Assembly (NCBI GenBank): GCA_010015805.1
Contig: ML978121.1
Location: 2,666,001-2,730,000, forward strand
Length of the DNA: 64,000 bases
Direction: 5' to 3'
Source of the DNA: Rhizodiscina lignyota
Taxonomy: Eukaryota
Shown here: one piece after another, positions 59,645 through 64,000 of the stretch
Layout: the number at the start of each line of letters is the position of its first letter
How positions within the stretch are numbered: the first letter of the stretch is position 1
The notes under the pieces: model-generated
Databases searched by the model: none
Told to the model about the DNA's origin: nothing
Seen by the model: only the letters and a program-made list of their open reading frames with translations
Made by a program: the position numbers and the translations under genes

Positions 59645-62600
59645 ATGTCGCAGTCCTCGCCTCAGAATGGGGCCAAGTCTCCTGGGTATAAGGAAGGGCC
59701 GGCTCCTGTGGCGGACGATCTTGTGAGTGCCTCCCTGCTTCTTACTTGCCATCTTGCATCCCCCCGCCGCCGACCGTTGGACTACGTGCAACGCACAGCA
59801 AAACAAGCGCAGGCCCAGCAGCGAGTGCAAGCAAGTGAGCGGAGCGCGACAGCAGAATCCAACGACCCTCAGCGCACTCGGGACACCAAGCTACAGCGAC
59901 CATCTGGCCGGGCAGCCTCAAGCATTGCACCCTTAACTCCCCTCACCATCACTATTCTTTTTTGCATTTGCATGCGTCGCCTACACGCGCTACTGCTGCC
60001 TCTTTCCTATTACCACCCTCTTTCCATCGCTCACGATTCAGTCGGCCGCCGCCTCAACCCGGCTACAGTCGCTCAGACTACCCCAGCTCACTCGGGCCTC
60101 TGACTACATGGTATGCCCTTTTTCGCCAAGCTCCTGGTTTCAACTATTTTCCCTACCCGCTGAGCAAGCCTTCCTGCCCTGGCGCCTTCCACGCACTCTT
60201 CAAGCTTCCCTGCCATTTCCTTCCGCACAACGGTCCCATGCTTTGTAACCGCATCTGACAGCCTGCGGGCGCAACCACGCCTCGCGGACCAGTCGATGCT
60301 TCAGCCTTGAACATCTTTCTTTCTAACATCCGCTTAACCCTCTACGTCTTGCATTAAACTTCATTTCATCCTTCTATAAGCATTCGCGGTGGTCCGTGAA
60401 CCCTTGTCTTCTTACTTATACTTCCGCACTGGTATCGCTACCTTATTCCCCTCTTCTGTCGCCAGTTTCGCATAACCTAGCCCTTGTCCCAGAGCCATCA
60501 CCAAAGGCTTGCTCCATTACTCTTTCACTGCTGTCGCCGAGGCCTACCTGGATGTGTCTGTGATCTGCTCGACTTGGGCATTTCACAACTGTTGGGCCGC
60601 CTTGTCTTATTTTAGACAGTGTGCGTTTCCACAAAATCTCACGCCACCCCGCCATTCTGTTTGTCGCCGAATCAGGATAACCACGCTCGCTCACCCTTGC
60701 ACTTGCGCGCCTTGAGGAAACAACAACAACATCAACACTTCGACGCGAGGATCTACGGAAGGAACAGTTAGCTAACATTTTATTTTCTTCCTCCAGCATC
60801 ACCCCCATTCAGTTCAACAAGGCCTGCCACCTCCACAGCACCTTCAGCATTCACGACCTGGCGTAGTACAGTCGCACCACCCTGATTCACCGCATCAATC
60901 ATCGGCGCAGCATCATCCACCTGGTCAGTACGCGTCGCCGCATACAGCCCCTCACGGTTTACCACCTCAGCAGCCTCCGCAGCACCACCAGAGTCCGTAC
61001 GCGGCTATTCCTGGAGCTCCCGGACAGCCTCAGCAAGAAATACCGTACTTTACTGGGGCGCATCCAAGTCCCTATAGTACGAACAGCGCCGCAGGCAGCT
61101 ATTCATCATCAGGTCAGTTTCCGACTTCAGGCGACGACCAGCAGTGTCTAGACCCGCAGCTCCGTACACTCGGAAATACTGCCGAGGACACTGGATCTGG
61201 GACGAAGAACGTCCTAACAGGTAAATCAGAAAACCCAGAGCTCATGGCAACCGCAACGATGAATCGGCAATACCCTGCCCCAATCTACCATACCCCGCAG
61301 TCTGCTTCTCCGGCTTCTGTTCAATCCCCTCAGCATGACCAGCATGGCAGGCCTCTGTACAGCCAACCAATGTACTATCCGCAGCCATACCAGGTTCAGC
61401 AACAGTCTCCGTACTCGCAGCACCCGGGACCACAACAGCCTACGCCATTGACGACCAATTTCATGTCCCAGGCACCTGGACAGCCTCAGTCGTACCATAC
61501 GTCTCATCCAGTCACTCCAGCTTTGACTGGAAGTCCAGGTTCGAAACTGCCAGGAGCGCAGCTTCAGCGACAGGGCACCGGGATGAGCCCGGTAGCGGGA
61601 ACGCCTACTGGACCTCCCGGAAGCGCTTCGAGCATTCATCAGGGCCCACAGTCAGGAACGAGTGTCAATCCAAATGCAGCGCCAGGCCCGATTCCTGCGA
61701 CTACGCCACTAGTTGTCAGACAGGACCAGAATGGTGTCCAGTGGATAGCTTTCGAGTACTCGAGAGATCGAGTCAAGATGGAATATACCATCCGCTGCGA
61801 TGTTGAATCCATCGACGTCAACACTCTTTCGCAAGAGTTCAAGTCGGAGAATTGCGTCTATCCGCGAGCTTGCTGCTCAAAGGAGCAGTACAAAGGCAAT
61901 CGCCTGCATTACGAGACCGAGTGCAACACGGTTGGTTGGGCCTTGGCGCAACTAAACCCTTGCCTTCGCGGCAAGCGCGGTCTCATTCAGCGAGCGGTTG
62001 ATAGCTGGAGAAATAGCAACCAAGACCCGCGGTTGCGAAGTCGCCGTGTCAGAAGGATGGCAAAGATCAGCAACAGGAAAGCGGTGCAGGCGCAGCAGCA
62101 CGGTCCACCACACATGGCAGGTCCAGGTGGTCCTGCAGCACCGGGCGTTGGACCGCAGTCTGCGGGTATTCCAACTCCGGGAGCACCAAGACAAGCACCA
62201 GGTTTGGGAATCGGAGGGCCACAGCAATTGCATCATCATCACCAGTCGGGACCTCAGTCTGCAAGCGAACAAGACGTCAGCGGTATGTTTCATCACCCGA
62301 TGTAAATCGATGCACTTGCCTGTCCGTTCTGCTCTATAGTCTTTGAAATGGTCCCCATGATAATTGATTTTTACGGAATGATGGAGTAATTTGGATTGGG
62401 AGGGCCTTCCCCTAGTCATGTGTCTATTTTCTACTTCTTCTCACATACCAACCTTTGTCCTCGGCATGTACATTACCATCACACCCTTTCGGACACACTT
62501 CTGTAAAGATCCCGTCCCTCGCGCGATTGTTGAGGCATTTGGGATCATCCAGCCAATTGCATTTGGACAGTCACATAAATCGGCAGACGGGCAAAAGCAC

Positions 62601-63660
62601 AATGGCATCGAGAATCCCACACACACGTCCCCCTTCCTCCTCACTTGTTCTGTGCAACGTGCTGCAACATGAAAGCTAATTTGTCACCTCTCACTCTAGG
62701 TGGCGCCGACTATGATCCAAATTCCCACACCCACCATCATCCGCCGCCTAACGGCAACTCTCATGGCCAGGCTCCCAGTGGAGACGTCCGTCAAGCCCAC
62801 AACTTCTATCCGAACTATCCAGCTCCACCCAGCGCAAATATGGTTCCGTCTCTGCCACCAACTCACGATCCCATGGATCAATCAGGTAGCCACGGCGCTG
62901 CCCCTCATGCCGTAGCGACCTCTTCTCTCCCGAACCGCAAGGGCGGCGACGACGAAGATGATGCCGAGACGACAACGGCACTCTTTGGCGACCTTCCAGA
63001 GGCTAAGCGTCGTAAGTTCATCCTCGTGGACGACTCCCAGCGTGGCACCCGTGTCCGCGTCCGCGTGATGCTGGATCAAGTCCGCATGGCCGAGATGCCT
63101 GACTCTTACCGCAAGAACAACAGTGTCTATCCGCGCAGTTGGTTTGCGACTGAGATGCAGGACACGGAAAACCCTGGACCGCAAGGAAGGTGGCCCGAAG
63201 ACGCCGAGGACGAGGACGTTGCGCGAGGTGTGACTGGAGATGACGGCGAGAGAGTGAAGACGCATGTACCCGTCCAGATGATGGATGGCAGCGAATCTAA
63301 GGTGCCTCTCCCCAAGATGAGTCGGGGAAAGAGAAAGAAGGAGGTTGTGTTGAACGACCTGGGATACAGAATGAGCTGGAGTCAGAGCAGGGTGTTCAGT
63401 GGAAGGACGTTGTTCCTGCAGCGGTCACGTAAGTTTGCTCCCTTTTTCCTTGTCGTCTCCATTGTGAGAACACGATGAGGGAATTGCCATGGCTAACGAG
63501 TTGTCCTACAGTCGATGCCTACCGCAACAAGATGCGCTCAACAATGGTTGCCGCAGGACAAGATGTCGCAAATGTCGCGCCACACTTTGAGACCCGCGTT
63601 GGCAAGCGCAAGTGGCTGGAGCGCAGCAAGAAGACGAAGGGAAGGGAGGGTAGCCCGTAA
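59645..63660 (+). CDS. putative transcriptional/developmental regulator with Q/P/H-rich regions and two copies of a conserved fungal domain of unknown function; 6 exons
   Basis: Exons 59645-59722, 60042-60110, 60797-61112, 61230-62282, 62700-63428 and 63512-63660 join in frame; domain 1 WIAFEYSRDR..NCVYPRA..GWALA..LIQRAVDSWRN; domain 2 FILVDD..NSVYPRS..GYRMSW..FLQRSLDAYRN. Confidence 0.85.
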
Positions 63661-64000
63661 ATCGGCGCTGCTATGCCCCTCTCCTTTATACGCGCGAGAC
63701 GGAGCGGGGTGCGGTTGGGTAGCGACGTCTAAACGAGCGACGAGCTACCGCGCGAAGCGAAGCAGCGATTTTTGCCTACGGCATACCCAGAGCCATGTGT
63801 TTCAGGGTGGTGATGGGGAAGGGGTGGTGCTTGTTTCGGAAAGGATGATCCTCGGTGGGTGCGGTGCCACCGTTGTCAAGACATGGGGCCTGGCTTGGTG
63901 ACTTGGGTCCCTGCAAGGAACGGAGAAGGCTATTGCCGTTCGTGCCGGGAGCGGGGATCTTTTTAGGAAGTGCACGATGGGGTTGTTTCTCTTTTCGCTT

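Noticed and set aside
61213..61229. Alternative in-frame acceptor CTAACAG 9 nt upstream of AATCAG
   Set aside because: The AG is immediately adjacent to the branch point, too close to be used

Overview
Eukaryotic, intron-containing DNA from a filamentous ascomycete (Pezizomycotina; Dothideomycete-like by inference). Introns are GT-AG with CTRAY branch points, so the ORF track splits most genes and uses spurious alternative starts. Core genes: a sugar-porter MFS, a CCHC zinc-knuckle/GW-repeat protein, divergent mccB/ivdA (leucine catabolism), a DUF2985-like membrane protein, a GMC oxidoreductase, DNA polymerase eta, MRPL31, the Doa10 E3 ligase, a large KDEL-terminated ER protein, and a long-intron putative regulator behind a ~7.9 kb gene desert. 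Accessory stretches carry orphan secreted S/T-rich proteins, decayed F-box-like genes and a tandem pair of RBR E3 ligases (one frameshifted). A 34.5-40.1 kb island holds an intronless FAD monooxygenase and an intronless MDR reductase, the latter bracketed by two diverged copies of a ~235-bp MITE with asymmetric CAC/CAA termini. These are followed by an exact 110-bp-period tandem array, an acidic orphan ORF and an arylsulfotransferase fragment. No tRNA, rRNA or CRISPR was found. All family calls come from motif recognition by eye, not from database searches.
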